A stretch of 64,000 bases of DNA from NCBI GenBank assembly GCA_038321985.1, contig JBBQFN010000026.1, positions 1-64,000 of the forward strand, read 5' to 3'. The notes beneath the pieces were generated by a model. That model did not search any database. It saw nothing but the letters and a program-made list of their open reading frames with translations, and had not been told where the DNA came from. Positions 44,872 to 55,744 of the stretch are shown one piece after another (the first letter of the stretch is position 1; each line of letters opens with the position of its first letter). This stretch comes from Cyanophyceae cyanobacterium (lineage in GTDB: Bacteria; Cyanobacteriota; Cyanobacteriia; Cyanobacteriales; Laspinemataceae). The position numbers were made by a program, and so were the translations under genes.

Positions 44872-46368
44872 ATGCAACTCGAAAACCGTCAAATCCAAAA
44901 CATTTCCTCCAAAAAATCCTATACTCGCCAAGACTGGCAAAAAGGTTACGAATCCCAACCTAGGGAATTTGACTACTGGATTGAAGACATCGAAGGAGAA
45001 ATTCCCCCCGAACTCCAAGGCACCTTCTTTAAAAACGGTCCCGGACTCCTTGATATTAATGGCGAATTCATTCATCACCCCTTTGATGGCGATGGCATGA
45101 TTTGTAAAATCGCCATTAACAAAGGTCGCGCCCACTTTAGCAACCGTTTCGTCCAAACAGAAGGTTATCTCGCCGAAAAAAAAGCCGGAAAAATTCTTTA
45201 TCGCGGCGTTTTTGGTACTCAAAAACCCGGGGGATGGTTAGCCAATCTATTTAACTTCAACATTAAAAATATTGCCAATACCAACGTCATTTATTGGGGA
45301 AACAAACTCCTGGCCCTGTGGGAAGCCGCCCAACCCCATCGCCTTGACCCTCATACCTTAAAAACCATAGGATTAGACACTCTTCAAGGTACTTTAAACC
45401 CTGGAGATGCCTTTGCCGCTCATCCGCGCATAGACCCCCATTCTCAACAGGATGGCGGAGAACCTTGTTTAGTCAACTTTGCCGTTAAACCCGGACCCTC
45501 CACCACCATCACCATTTACGAACTCAATCCCGCCGGGGAAGTGGTGCGACAACATCCCCACTCAGTGCCAGGTTTTGCCTTCTTGCACGATATGGCAATT
45601 ACCCCAAACTACTGCATCTTTTTCCAGAATCCCGTCAGGTTTAATCCCCTACCCTTTTTACTCGGATGGCGCAGTCCGGGTCAATGTATAGAATTTAATC
45701 CCAAAGAAAAAACCAAAATAATTTTAATTCCTCGGGATGGCAAATCAGCGGTTAAATTTGTCGAAACCGAACCTTGTTTTGTATTTCATCATGCCAATGC
45801 TTGGGAAGAAAACGGGGAGATCTTCATCGATTCTGTCTGTTATGAATCGTTTCCCGCCGTTGAACCCGATGGAGATTTCCGGGAGGTGGATTTTGATGCA
45901 ATTCCTGCCGGTCAGTTGTGGCGATTTCAGGTAAATTTAGGAACCGCAACCGTGCAGCATCAGGTCATAGAAACCCGCTGCTGTGAGTTTCCGGTCCTGC
46001 ATCCTGAACAAGTAGGCCGACCCTATCGCTACTTGTATATCGGCACTGCCCATGCAGCCGAGGGAAATGCTCCCTTACAGGCTGTGTTAAAGCTCGACCT
46101 AGAAACCCAAACCCAACAGATTTGGAGTGCCGCCCCCCGTGGATTTACGGGGGAACCCGTGTTCGTTCCGCGTCCTGGGGGAACAAAAGAAGATGAAGGC
46201 TGGTTGCTACTGTTGATGTACGATGCGGTACACCATCGTTCCGACCTGGTGATATTGGATAGCGAAGATTTGACCCGAGGACCGATAGCGCGATTGCACC
46301 TCAAACATCATGTCCCCTATGGATTGCATGGCAGTTTTACCCCCGAATGGTTTGGTCCAGTCGAGTAA
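44872..46368 (+). CDS. Carotenoid oxygenase (apocarotenoid oxygenase/RPE65 family)
   Basis: NGPG, HPFDGDG, AHP, HD, FHH, EFP, GEPVF, GLHG. Confidence 0.93.
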   Translation: MQLENRQIQNISSKKSYTRQDWQKGYESQPREFDYWIEDIEGEIPPELQGTFFKNGPGLLDINGEFIHHPFDGDGMICKIAINKGRAHFSNRFVQTEGYLAEKKAGKILYRGVFGTQKPGGWLANLFNFNIKNIANTNVIYWGNKLLALWEAAQPHRLDPHTLKTIGLDTLQGTLNPGDAFAAHPRIDPHSQQDGGEPCLVNFAVKPGPSTTITIYELNPAGEVVRQHPHSVPGFAFLHDMAITPNYCIFFQNPVRFNPLPFLLGWRSPGQCIEFNPKEKTKIILIPRDGKSAVKFVETEPCFVFHHANAWEENGEIFIDSVCYESFPAVEPDGDFREVDFDAIPAGQLWRFQVNLGTATVQHQVIETRCCEFPVLHPEQVGRPYRYLYIGTAHAAEGNAPLQAVLKLDLETQTQQIWSAAPRGFTGEPVFVPRPGGTKEDEGWLLLLMYDAVHHRSDLVILDSEDLTRGPIARLHLKHHVPYGLHGSFTPEWFGPVE

Positions 46369-46536
46369 ATTTATTCCCATTGGACGGGATAAAGTCTGCC
46401 GGTAGGTGGATATAGGGTGAGGGGAAGAGGACATACAACTAAGGCAGCTTAAGCAGGAGCGAATACGAGTGAGCCAAGCATCACCTAAAGTATTCGCTCC
46501 TAATTTGTTAAAAATTGACGGTTAACACAAAAAATT

Positions 46537-47079
46537 ATGGCAACAAACGAAAGAAGAATATCCCCGTATCCTAATATTCCCCCTGTCATTGAAACCAAAG
46601 ACGAAGAGTATTTGGATTCCGGTGTGACCAGTAAACTGTCGATCGCCGGTCATCCGATCCACCCTGTCATCGTCACCATGCCGATCGGGCTACTGATTTC
46701 TGCCCTGATCAGTGACGTGGTGTATTGGGTAACAAGTGATTTATTTTGGGCCAGCGCATCATTTTGGCTGATTGTGGGGGGAATTATTAGTGGAGTCGCC
46801 GCCGGTCTCACAGGAATGGTTGACTTCGTAAAAATCAAACGAGTCCGCAATCGCAGCGCCGGATGGATTCACATGATTGGAAATATAGGAGTGCTTCTGC
46901 TGAGTATAATCAATATGTGGACGCGACTAGGAGACCCGGTCGCACCGATTTTACCTTGGGGATTGGTTCTTTCACTGATTGTAGCCAGCTTATTGGGAGT
47001 AACCGGCTGGTTTGGAGGCGAACTCACATTCCGGCACAAAATAGGTATCATCGGAGCAGGTCCTGAGAATTTACCCTAA
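46537..47079 (+). CDS. DUF2231 membrane protein
   Basis: GHPIHPVIVTMPI, four TM helices, TGWFGGELTF. Confidence 0.85.
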   Translation: MATNERRISPYPNIPPVIETKDEEYLDSGVTSKLSIAGHPIHPVIVTMPIGLLISALISDVVYWVTSDLFWASASFWLIVGGIISGVAAGLTGMVDFVKIKRVRNRSAGWIHMIGNIGVLLLSIINMWTRLGDPVAPILPWGLVLSLIVASLLGVTGWFGGELTFRHKIGIIGAGPENLP

Positions 47080-47172
47080 TTCAGGGAAGCGTGAGAATTA
47101 ACACCGGGGCGATCGCAGTCTAAGAAGAGAGATATTGAGGCGATCGGTCCGGTTTTTTCATGGGGCGATCGG

Positions 47173-50070
47173 GTTTCAATCCCTGAAAGGGATTAGGGGT
47201 CATTGAGACTTCCGCCCCCTCAATGCTTACCCCTGGGGGAATATTGGTTTCAATCCCTGAAAGGGATTAGGGGTCATTGAGACAGACCAAGCGGGAAAAG
47301 CTAAGATAAATGAGAATGAGGTTTCAATCCCTGAAAGGGATTAGGGGTCATTGAGACTCAATTATTCCGATTATCGTTCCATCGGGGCTGGTTTCAATCC
47401 CTGAAAGGGATTAGGGGTCATTGAGACGGAGGGTTTGCCTTCTGCCCCGCGATGCTGGGAGTTTCAATCCCTGAAAGGGATTAGGGGTCATTGAGACTTG
47501 GTAATCGGGGCCACGGGCGGGGGGAAAACCTATTCGTTTCAATCCCTGAAAGGGATTAGGGGTCATTGAGACTTCTAGCGATGCCTGGAGTAGAATAGCT
47601 CAGGTTGCTGTTTCAATCCCTGAAAGGGATTAGGGGTCATTGAGACCAGTTCATTCGCTTTGTGGCTTCCGTATCGAGAGGTTTCAATCCCTGAAAGGGA
47701 TTAGGGGTCATTGAGACTGAGTTCCCGTTAGCCGTCACTGCGTTGGGATACGTTCCTGTTTCAATCCCTGAAAGGGATTAGGGGTCATTGAGACTTGATT
47801 GCCTCGGTATCTGCTTCTTCGCCGAGATAAATTGTTTCAATCCCTGAATAGGGATTAGGGGTCATTGAGACCTGATTGCGATCGCTCTCAATGGCGAACT
47901 TCTCGGTTTCAATCCCTGAAAGGGATTAGGGGTCATTGAGACGAAGATACGCCATTCGCTACAGTATTTCTCGGTTTCAATCCCTGAAAGGGATTAGGGG
48001 TCATTGAGACCCAGTATCGCATAATGCTAGATGGCATTTTGTGGAATATTTACGAGTTTCAATCCCTGAAAGGGATTAGGGGTCATTGAGACCCCCATAC
48101 TTGAGAAATATCTACCTGGGCGATCGCCTTTATGTTTCAATCCCTGAAAGGGATTAGGGGTCATTGAGACCCTGTGTTGCTACTGAAATCATAGATTTCA
48201 ATCTTGCGTTTCAATCCCTGAAAGGGATTAGGGGTCATTGAGACGGTGAGGGATATCCAGTGAATCACAAAAATGATGTCGGTTTCAATCCCTGAAAGGG
48301 ATTAGGGGTCATTGAGACAAGGATCCTTCTTATTGCAAAAAAAACTTTCTGCCGTTTCAATCCCTGAAAGGGATTAGGGGTCATTGAGACTGCTTGGAGC
48401 AGTGGTATAAGCGCCAACCCACAGGCTAGTGTTTCAATCCCTGAAAGGGATTAGGGGTCATTGAGACAAAAAGCCGGGTTAGTCGTTGGGGCGATCGTCA
48501 AGTTTCAATCCCTGAAAGGGATTAGGGGTCATTGAGACACTATTTGCTTTCCTTTTCCCCATTGAGCAGTTTCGGTTTCAATCCCTGAAAGGGATTAGGG
48601 GTCATTGAGACAATTGCCTTAGATTCACCCGTTCCACCCTCAAAACGTTTCAATCCCTGAAAGGGATTAGGGGTCATTGAGACTGAGACTTGGAGAATTT
48701 AGGAAATCTCAGAGCATAATGTGTTTCAATCCCTGAAAGGGATTAGGGGTCATTGAGACGTAGGGTTGGGTTTGCCGTTTAATAGAATCAATGTTTCAAT
48801 CCCTGAAAGGGATTAGGGGTCATTGAGACCAAATGACCAATGAACAGCTTCGAGCAACAATCACTTATCTGTTTCAATCCCTGAAAGGGATTAGGGGTCA
48901 TTGAGACCACACCCAAACTTGTTTCTGCGGAACCTAATTCCGTTTCAATCCCTGAAAGGGATTAGGGGTCATTGAGACGAGGTAATATTGATTCTAAAGA
49001 AATAAGAGAATGGGCAGGTTTCAATCCCTGAAAGGGATTAGGGGTCATTGAGACTCAGGGTCTACTGGTAAAAATTTAATTTCCATCAGTTTCAATCCCT
49101 GAAAGGGATTAGGGGTCATTGAGACAATTACCCAGCAAGAAGATCCACAGGATTCCTCTGTTTCAATCCCTGAAAGGGATTAGGGGTCATTGAGACCTTT
49201 GATAGGGCAGAGCGTACCTTAGAGTATCTCTCGTTTCAATCCCTGAAAGGGATTAGGGGTCATTGAGACAGAAGAGGAGCGCAGCAAAAGAGCAAGCATG
49301 GTTTCAGTTTCAATCCCTGAAAGGGATTAGGGGTCATTGAGACTCCTTAGAACAAATCAATTAATTACACTGAAAACTATGGGTTTCAATCCCTGAAAGG
49401 GATTAGGGGTCATTGAGACGATTGAAATATACGAATATACACTAGAAGAAATAGTTTCAATCCCTGAAAGGGATTAGGGGTCATTGAGACTTTTTGGAAA
49501 TTTTCTTACGGGGTAGATATTGTTGTTTCAATCCCTGAAAGGGATTAGGGGTCATTGAGACCAATGTCGGAAGTTTTTTCATTAGTCTACTGCCGGTTTC
49601 AATCCCTGAAAGGGATTAGGGGTCATTGAGACATAAATTTTCACCCGCTGCTACATGGCAACAGATGAAGTTTCAATCCCTGAAAGGGATTAGGGGTCAT
49701 TGAGACAGGATTCTGGTGAGTTTCGTTTAACGCCAGAAGAGGCTCAAGTTTCAATCCCTGAAAGGGATTAGGGGTCATTGAGACGAATCTTGAAAGATAA
49801 AACAAGGGTTTCCTTAGATGGGTTTCAATCCCTGAAAGGGATTAGGGGTCATTGAGACACACGAAACTTTATTACATAAAGGTTGAAGGCGCGTTTCAAT
49901 CCCTGAAAGGGATTAGGGGTCATTGAGACCTGAGCCGGTTACGGTTGCATTCGGCCAAAATGTTTCAATCCCTGAAAGGGATTAGGGGTCATTGAGACAA
50001 CAGCAGACAAAGGCATTTCAAGCGATGTCATTAGTTTCAATCCCTGAAAGGGATTAGGGGTCATTGAGAC
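47173..50070 (-). CRISPR. CRISPR array B, 40 repeats / 39 spacers (hand count); repeat as transcribed GTCTCAATGACCCCTAATCCCTTTCAGGGATTGAAAC
   Basis: 37-nt repeat differing from array A at one position; one repeat (47834) has a 1-nt insertion in the loop. Confidence 0.99.
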
Positions 50071-50324
50071 CCACCGGGTTTGAAACCCTTGCTGTATGAA
50101 GTTTTCAAGGTGCATTTGCGCGAACCTAGATTAAAAATACCATTCCAGCCGCCAACTTGTAAATAGGTAAAATTCATTTTCCTCTCAAATTATTGCTCCG
50201 TATAGCTTTCAGCGTTTGCGCGAACCGGCTTGAAGGGGGAACAGCACTCAACGCCTTATCCCGTCAAAATTTCAGCCCCAAATTTTGCACCCTTCTTTTC
50301 TACAGCTTGGGGTTCGCGCTAAAT
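50071..50324 (-). promoter_or_regulatory. CRISPR leader of array B
   Basis: Lies between the cas2 stop and the first repeat; homologous to 37109-37362. Confidence 0.92.
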
Positions 50325-50597
50325 TTACGCGAAAAAGATGGTCGAGTCCCTGGGTTCTACTCCCCCAATACGTTCTATTTTACCTTGGCAGCAAGCGCAC
50401 AGGAAGAAAAATCGAATATTGTCCTCATCCGGTTTGATCTGTTTACTCAGCCGCATCCGCAGTTTCTGGTACTGAGTCTGGTTCAAATCACATTCAAACA
50501 ACGAAAATTGCACCCACTGTCCATAGGATTTGAGAATATTGTGAATTTTCGTACGTCGTTTATCCTCCGAAATATCGTAAGCAATCACAATATACAT
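50325..50597 (-). CDS. cas2: CRISPR-associated Cas2
   Basis: IAYDI, YGQWVQFSLFEC, DNIRFF. Confidence 0.97.
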   Translation of the reverse strand: MYIVIAYDISEDKRRTKIHNILKSYGQWVQFSLFECDLNQTQYQKLRMRLSKQIKPDEDNIRFFFLCACCQGKIERIGGVEPRDSTIFFA

Positions 50598-50633
50598 AAT
50601 CCATACTCCGAATATTCTACAAGCTCACCCCAA

Positions 50634-50679
50634 CCCCACCGTAAGTAAGCGGCGACTACGCCGCTTACTTACGGTGGGG
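50634..50679. repeat. Perfect 21-bp inverted repeat between cas1 and cas2
   Basis: CCCCACCGTAAGTAAGCGGCG-ACTA-CGCCGCTTACTTACGGTGGGG. Confidence 0.9.
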
Positions 50680-50683
50680 AGGG

Positions 50684-51688
50684 CTATTTCAACACTAAGG
50701 GCGGATATTGATCGATTTCTTCCATCAAATACTTCGCCATTAGTCGTCCTTGAATTTCAAAGGATTCCTGATAGGTACATTTTTTTCCCATCACGGGATG
50801 GGTGAAATCCGACTGTTTTTTCTGTTCATATAGTCGCAGAAAGGTCCGCAAGGCCTCTGGGGTCAAAGAGACTGCATTGCTAATCGGTTCTATGGTAAAC
50901 TCCGCTGGAGTAATGATGCGGTTATTAATAGCGTTCAAAACCATCGCATCTACTACAAGGGGGCGAAATTCTTCCATCAAATCTAGGGCTAAAGACGGGC
51001 GTCCATATCGTTCAACGTGCAGGTATCCTAGATAAGGATCAAATCCTACAATATTCACTGCACTCTGGATATCATGACTCAGTAAAGAATAGCCTAAACT
51101 CAGCAGTGCATTCACCGGATCCGTGGGAGGACGACGGCGACGAGCTTCAAAGCTGAACCCTTCGCTACGAATTAAAGCATCAAAACATTGGAAATAGGCT
51201 GCACTTCCAGCGCCTTCTAATCCGCGCAAGGAATCAATAGTGGCTGTTGATGTCAGGGAGGAAAGGTTCTGTTTCAGCCGGTCCGTTGCAACTTGGAAGT
51301 TCACATCGGTTCGTTCTCGCTGTTTGCGTAACAAAGCATTTCGATAGTTCTTGAGTTTCCCCCGAATAAACCCGCGTACCAGATGCAGGGATTTCTCGGT
51401 TTCTCCTGCTGCTTGCCATTGGGCTTTGCGAACAAAAATATTCTTAGTCAATTCCGGTTCTAACCGTCCTAAATATCGTCCCGTTGTGGTTAAAAAACTC
51501 AAAGGAATGTGGCGATTGAGCAGTTCCGTTACCGCTGCTGGAGAAATCGTTGCCCGTCCCATAATCACAACACCTTCGATATTAATTAACGGTACATCCA
51601 GCAATTTTTGCTTGTTGGCGCGAATATTTAAACGTTCATCGGTTTTGCCAATAAAACAGTCATCTTGAGTGATATAAACAGTTCCCAC
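50684..51688 (-). CDS. cas1: CRISPR-associated Cas1
   Basis: RGLEG, RRPPTDPVNALLS, GYLH, LDLMEEFRP; GTG start. Confidence 0.97.
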   Translation of the reverse strand: MGTVYITQDDCFIGKTDERLNIRANKQKLLDVPLINIEGVVIMGRATISPAAVTELLNRHIPLSFLTTTGRYLGRLEPELTKNIFVRKAQWQAAGETEKSLHLVRGFIRGKLKNYRNALLRKQRERTDVNFQVATDRLKQNLSSLTSTATIDSLRGLEGAGSAAYFQCFDALIRSEGFSFEARRRRPPTDPVNALLSLGYSLLSHDIQSAVNIVGFDPYLGYLHVERYGRPSLALDLMEEFRPLVVDAMVLNAINNRIITPAEFTIEPISNAVSLTPEALRTFLRLYEQKKQSDFTHPVMGKKCTYQESFEIQGRLMAKYLMEEIDQYPPLVLK

Positions 51689-51824
51689 AATTCTCTCCTA
51701 ATTTTAATCTAAGGTTTCTAAAATTTTCCCCAAACCACCTCCGGTCCCCTCCCCTGTGTCTTGGGGAAGGTTAGGGTGGGGTCCTCCAGCCCAAGGAAGG
51801 ACAAAAAACTTTAATATTCCACAA

Positions 51825-52418
51825 TTAATTCGCTTCTTGATAGCCTTTAACTTTATCCGCAGCTTGGGGTAAACATTGATGAAAAAGGCTGCAACCGCGA
51901 CAACGTTTACTGTAGATAGGGGGTGGCATAGTTCCAGTTTGAAGGAGATTAGAAATGGCTTCTAAAGTGGCGATCGCCTCTTGTCGTAATCCCTCCGTAA
52001 TCTCCACTGCTTGCCGTCGCCGAGTTTGGGCATAATACACATACCCGCGCTCAATAGTTTTTCCCATCATTTCCTCTAAACATAAGGCTTGAGCGCAAAC
52101 TTGTAACTCATCATTATCCCATTCTCCTTTCTTTCCCCGCTTATATTCAATGGGATAAACTTCCCCCTCTACGGATTCAATTAAATCCGCTTTGCCAATC
52201 AGTTGATACCGTTCTGATTTCAACCAAATCGCCCGAACTTGCCACACTTCCTCCCGATTTCCCTCTCCCAGGGTATGCACCCGTTCATGTAAATCAGTGC
52301 CTTCCAGAGTGTAGTGATTGTCCCGAAACTCCCCCGCACAAAACATTCGCCAGCAGCGGTGGGGACAATAAGAATATTGATTGAGTGCAGCAATGGTAAT
52401 GTAATCAGAGTTGTTCAT
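51825..52418 (-). CDS. cas4: CRISPR-associated Cas4
   Basis: YCP, GKAD, EYKRG, QVCAQ, C-terminal CxxCxxxxxC. Confidence 0.96.
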   Translation of the reverse strand: MNNSDYITIAALNQYSYCPHRCWRMFCAGEFRDNHYTLEGTDLHERVHTLGEGNREEVWQVRAIWLKSERYQLIGKADLIESVEGEVYPIEYKRGKKGEWDNDELQVCAQALCLEEMMGKTIERGYVYYAQTRRRQAVEITEGLRQEAIATLEAISNLLQTGTMPPPIYSKRCRGCSLFHQCLPQAADKVKGYQEAN

Positions 52419-52457
52419 AGTTTTAAATTGTAGAGAAAACTGACATTTTACCTCCTA

Positions 52458-53285
52458 TCAAGACAGATTCAACCGCCGAATCATCCCCATTCCCATTGGT
52501 GTTTTCCGTCCCGCACCACTGTAGAGGGCAAAATCGGCTAAAACATTAATATCCTTGATAACTTGCACAGAAGCCTCCCCTAAAATGGAATATCCCATTT
52601 CGCCCACGCAGCCAATAAACTTACTACGTTTATCGATAATAATTTCCGATTGAATATTCACATAAGTCGGAAAAATATACTCCGTCAAAGACTCAGCCAG
52701 GGGAATCTGACTATATTTATTCCAGCGGTGCAGCAAACTATTAAACAAACACTCTCGGGTTGGCAAACAAGAATCATATTGACCCTGGCGAAATGCCGTA
52801 GGCGTACAGAAAGCCATTTCAATTTTTCGCTGACTATCTGATGCCTTTTCATATAACTCAGCATAACTGCAAAAATTAGCCCAAGGTTGGGTAACTTGCG
52901 GTGTTCCTAAAATTCGGGTAATCTGTAAATTAGCCGACCCTAGATGCCAAGGTTGTTCTGGATTTAGATTTAACCAAAGATGCATCAAGTTATTAAATAA
53001 ACCATCATCTAACAGGGAAACCCGCCACCAACAGGGTGTTCCTTTGGGAATGGGTTTATTGTGGTGCCATTGCAACAAGTGACCGGATTTTTGAGAGGAA
53101 TGGCTAACTTGTAAGGGACTGAGGGTAAAGGCTTTTTCAGTCTTTTGTTCATGCAGAGAAGTTGCTAATTCGGGGTTAACAGAGTTGAGGAGAGTTAAAA
53201 ATAGAGCATGGAGATGTCTACCGCTGACAAATTGCGGATAAATTGGGGAAGTGGGAACCAGGTTGATGATGAGAGTATGAGGCAT
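52458..53285 (-). CDS. cas6: crRNA-processing endoribonuclease Cas6
   Basis: GRHLHALF, FTLSPL, TPTAF, G-rich loop GAGRKTPMGMG. Confidence 0.96.
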   Translation of the reverse strand: MPHTLIINLVPTSPIYPQFVSGRHLHALFLTLLNSVNPELATSLHEQKTEKAFTLSPLQVSHSSQKSGHLLQWHHNKPIPKGTPCWWRVSLLDDGLFNNLMHLWLNLNPEQPWHLGSANLQITRILGTPQVTQPWANFCSYAELYEKASDSQRKIEMAFCTPTAFRQGQYDSCLPTRECLFNSLLHRWNKYSQIPLAESLTEYIFPTYVNIQSEIIIDKRSKFIGCVGEMGYSILGEASVQVIKDINVLADFALYSGAGRKTPMGMGMIRRLNLS

Positions 53286-53384
53286 TTTTAATCCTTATGT
53301 TAGAGGTTGCGGTAAATATTGTGGTGAAGAAAATGGAAAAAATCAGGGATTTTCAAGCAAAGTTATCGGTCAAAATTAATTAGC

Positions 53385-54107
53385 CTAATTTTCTGGGAGG
53401 TTAGGCTGAAATCGATATTCCATGTGAGCAGGAATTTTAAAACTTCCTAGAGAAAAGCATTCTCCTTGTAGTCTTACATTCTGAATTAGACTCACGGGAG
53501 GCATATTAATCGTATCGTAACTAAAAACTTGATAAGTAAACATGACATCAAGGGGATTAAGTGGATGCTTGCAAATAAACGGTTCTTTGGATAAAGAATG
53601 CTTAACTTTATCGGGAAAAGGTATTTCTGTGACTTTTGCTTTACTCATCCATTTACCCAGACGAATCCAGCGCGGTAATTTTAGCGGCTGACTGGAAATG
53701 ACAAAAAACTCAAAGATGCTTTCGGCTGAAACTTCTTTATTTCTTCCATAACTGGGAATGTTTTTTTGAGTTTTCTGCATTTCAACGTGATAGCGATTAT
53801 CCGCATATTTCCAAGTATTGAGTTGAGTGGTATGGGAGAGCGATCGCGCTGGAGTCACATAAATTCCAGCCTGATTTAGCGCGGTCAAATGCACCTCATA
53901 TTGTGGCACTTGTTCTCGGCAAAAGTATCGGTAAGAACTCTCTTCGGGTACGCGAGTCGAGTAGACATCGCTATCTACCAATCCTAAGGCATAGCACAAA
54001 GCGTAATTGTGTAAAACGGGTTCGGTTTCATACAGTCTACCGATTTCACGAGTGGCGTAATAAAGACTATCATGAAGTTCCAGATGATAGCGAGAAATAA
54101 TCGGCAT
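53385..54107 (-). CDS. cas5d: Type I-D Cas5 (Csc1)
   Basis: ATREIGRLYETE, HNYALCYALG, PRWIRLGKW, LNPLD. Confidence 0.93.
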   Translation of the reverse strand: MPIISRYHLELHDSLYYATREIGRLYETEPVLHNYALCYALGLVDSDVYSTRVPEESSYRYFCREQVPQYEVHLTALNQAGIYVTPARSLSHTTQLNTWKYADNRYHVEMQKTQKNIPSYGRNKEVSAESIFEFFVISSQPLKLPRWIRLGKWMSKAKVTEIPFPDKVKHSLSKEPFICKHPLNPLDVMFTYQVFSYDTINMPPVSLIQNVRLQGECFSLGSFKIPAHMEYRFQPNLPEN

Positions 54108-54181
54108 AAAAATCATCCTCTATTTGAATTAAACGGCTGGGACACGGCATTGCCGTGTCCTTTCTTTACCTACTTTGGGAA

Positions 54182-55198
54182 TTACTTGGATTTTGCCGTT
54201 CCTTTTTTGTCTTGGTTTTTAATGTGCTTTTTGGCATAGTCTTTTGCTTCGACATCCGCTTGCTGCAAAATTGACTGCATTCCTTCTTCGCTGCGAATCA
54301 GGGTTTTAACTTCAGTGAGTAAAGGGGTAAAGCGATCGCCTATAAAATCGGTATGCACAATAAATTCCTCCTCCATCAAGGCTTGAATGGTTTTCGTTGC
54401 AGCCGCCGTTACTTCATCTTCGTTCAATGGATCGGGCGATCGCAGCTTTTCGGCGAGGTTCATTTCATCATAAATTGCTTGAGTCCACCGCAGATTGCTA
54501 GTAATTTCACCATCGGCAAAAACCACACCAATTAACTCATTTCGGAGGCGACCCGTCCGCGTCGTTTGAGCCCCATAATGTCGAGTCCGAAGGATATTAT
54601 TAAGCACATAGAGAAACCCGGCTTCCGTGGGGTCTTTCAGGGTAATAATGCTAGGAAAAAACACCTGCGGTTTAATATGGTCTTGCTGATTGATTCGACT
54701 GGTAACTTCACCCGCTTTAGAACCCCCTTCCCCTTTAGATGCCATCGTCCCATTTTCATAAGGTGCATTTAAGGTAAAGGTTTCATGCGCGTTATCGAAG
54801 GGAGTAATCGAAAAGGCTGTATCGACTACCACTTTTGATTTTTCTGACCCAGAATCCCCGATCGCAAAGCCATAAATAATACAATCCGGATTGTTCATGG
54901 CAAAGCTGACGTTATATTCGCACTCTTCAGCGGTCATTAATCCATAGTTTCTCAGCAATTCCCGACCCACTAAACGTTCCGGAGTAGATTGTTTGCGCTT
55001 AAACATGGTCAATCGGCTAATCGCTTCTTTCGTCTTAATTCCCGAACTCACCCGCGCTTTGTTCAATTCCCCATCAGTTTGAAATAAGGGATAGGATTCG
55101 GTAACGCGAATGGTGAGAAAGTGCACGTATTTCCCCATTGGTTTATAGGGAATTTCAGTTTGGAACAATTGGGAAGAGATGGTTTTTAAGAATGTCAT
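54182..55198 (-). CDS. cas7d: Type I-D Cas7 (Csc2)
   Basis: KRKQSTPERLVGRELLR, DCIIYGFAIG, YGAQTTRTG. Confidence 0.94.
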   Translation of the reverse strand: MTFLKTISSQLFQTEIPYKPMGKYVHFLTIRVTESYPLFQTDGELNKARVSSGIKTKEAISRLTMFKRKQSTPERLVGRELLRNYGLMTAEECEYNVSFAMNNPDCIIYGFAIGDSGSEKSKVVVDTAFSITPFDNAHETFTLNAPYENGTMASKGEGGSKAGEVTSRINQQDHIKPQVFFPSIITLKDPTEAGFLYVLNNILRTRHYGAQTTRTGRLRNELIGVVFADGEITSNLRWTQAIYDEMNLAEKLRSPDPLNEDEVTAAATKTIQALMEEEFIVHTDFIGDRFTPLLTEVKTLIRSEEGMQSILQQADVEAKDYAKKHIKNQDKKGTAKSK

Positions 55199-55270
55199 GA
55201 GTTTTGCTTCCATTAATTACAACAATTGAAATGGTTGGGAGGAAGACAAGGTAGTGCCTTGTCCCTCCGG

Positions 55271-55744
55271 TTATTCGGGGGATTCTTCCTCTGATTTGTC
55301 TTTAGATTTAGAGGAATAGTCTTGGTTTTCTTTGTCATCGGCTAGGCGGTAAATAAATTCACAGGTATCACGAATTAGGTTAAGTTGTCGTCCCGCCAAA
55401 CGCGCGCGATCGCCTCCAAAAGATTTCTCAAACACCTCCACTACAAAATACTCAGCAAACTTTAAAATTGCTTGCCGCTCTTCTTCACGATTTTTGAAAA
55501 TCCAGCGACCTTCTGCGGTGGAAGAATGGACCCGATCCATCAGTTTGCAAACTTCCGCAGCAACGACCATTACTAACGCTTCCCCTTGAGAACTGGGGTC
55601 AATTTTAAGAATAGTATCGGCTGCAATATCAATCGGTTTTAGGACAGCATTAGCTTTAGGATTGAATCGCTTATTGGCACGGTAAAACTCGCGATAAAGT
55701 TCAGTTAATTGTTTCGGATGGTTCAAGTTTGATTGTTCTCCCAC
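55271..55744 (-). CDS. cas11d: Probable internally translated small subunit Cas11d
   Basis: In-frame GTG at 55744 preceded by AGGAG 9 nt upstream, just before the helical C-terminal domain (LTELYREFY); 157 aa. Confidence 0.65.
   Translation of the reverse strand: MGEQSNLNHPKQLTELYREFYRANKRFNPKANAVLKPIDIAADTILKIDPSSQGEALVMVVAAEVCKLMDRVHSSTAEGRWIFKNREEERQAILKFAEYFVVEVFEKSFGGDRARLAGRQLNLIRDTCEFIYRLADDKENQDYSSKSKDKSEEESPE

Noticed and set aside
50193..50648. 151-aa plus-strand ORF and many similar shadow ORFs (e.g. 3364-3789, 16483-16962, 28918-29388)
   Set aside because: Antisense to well-supported genes, no motifs
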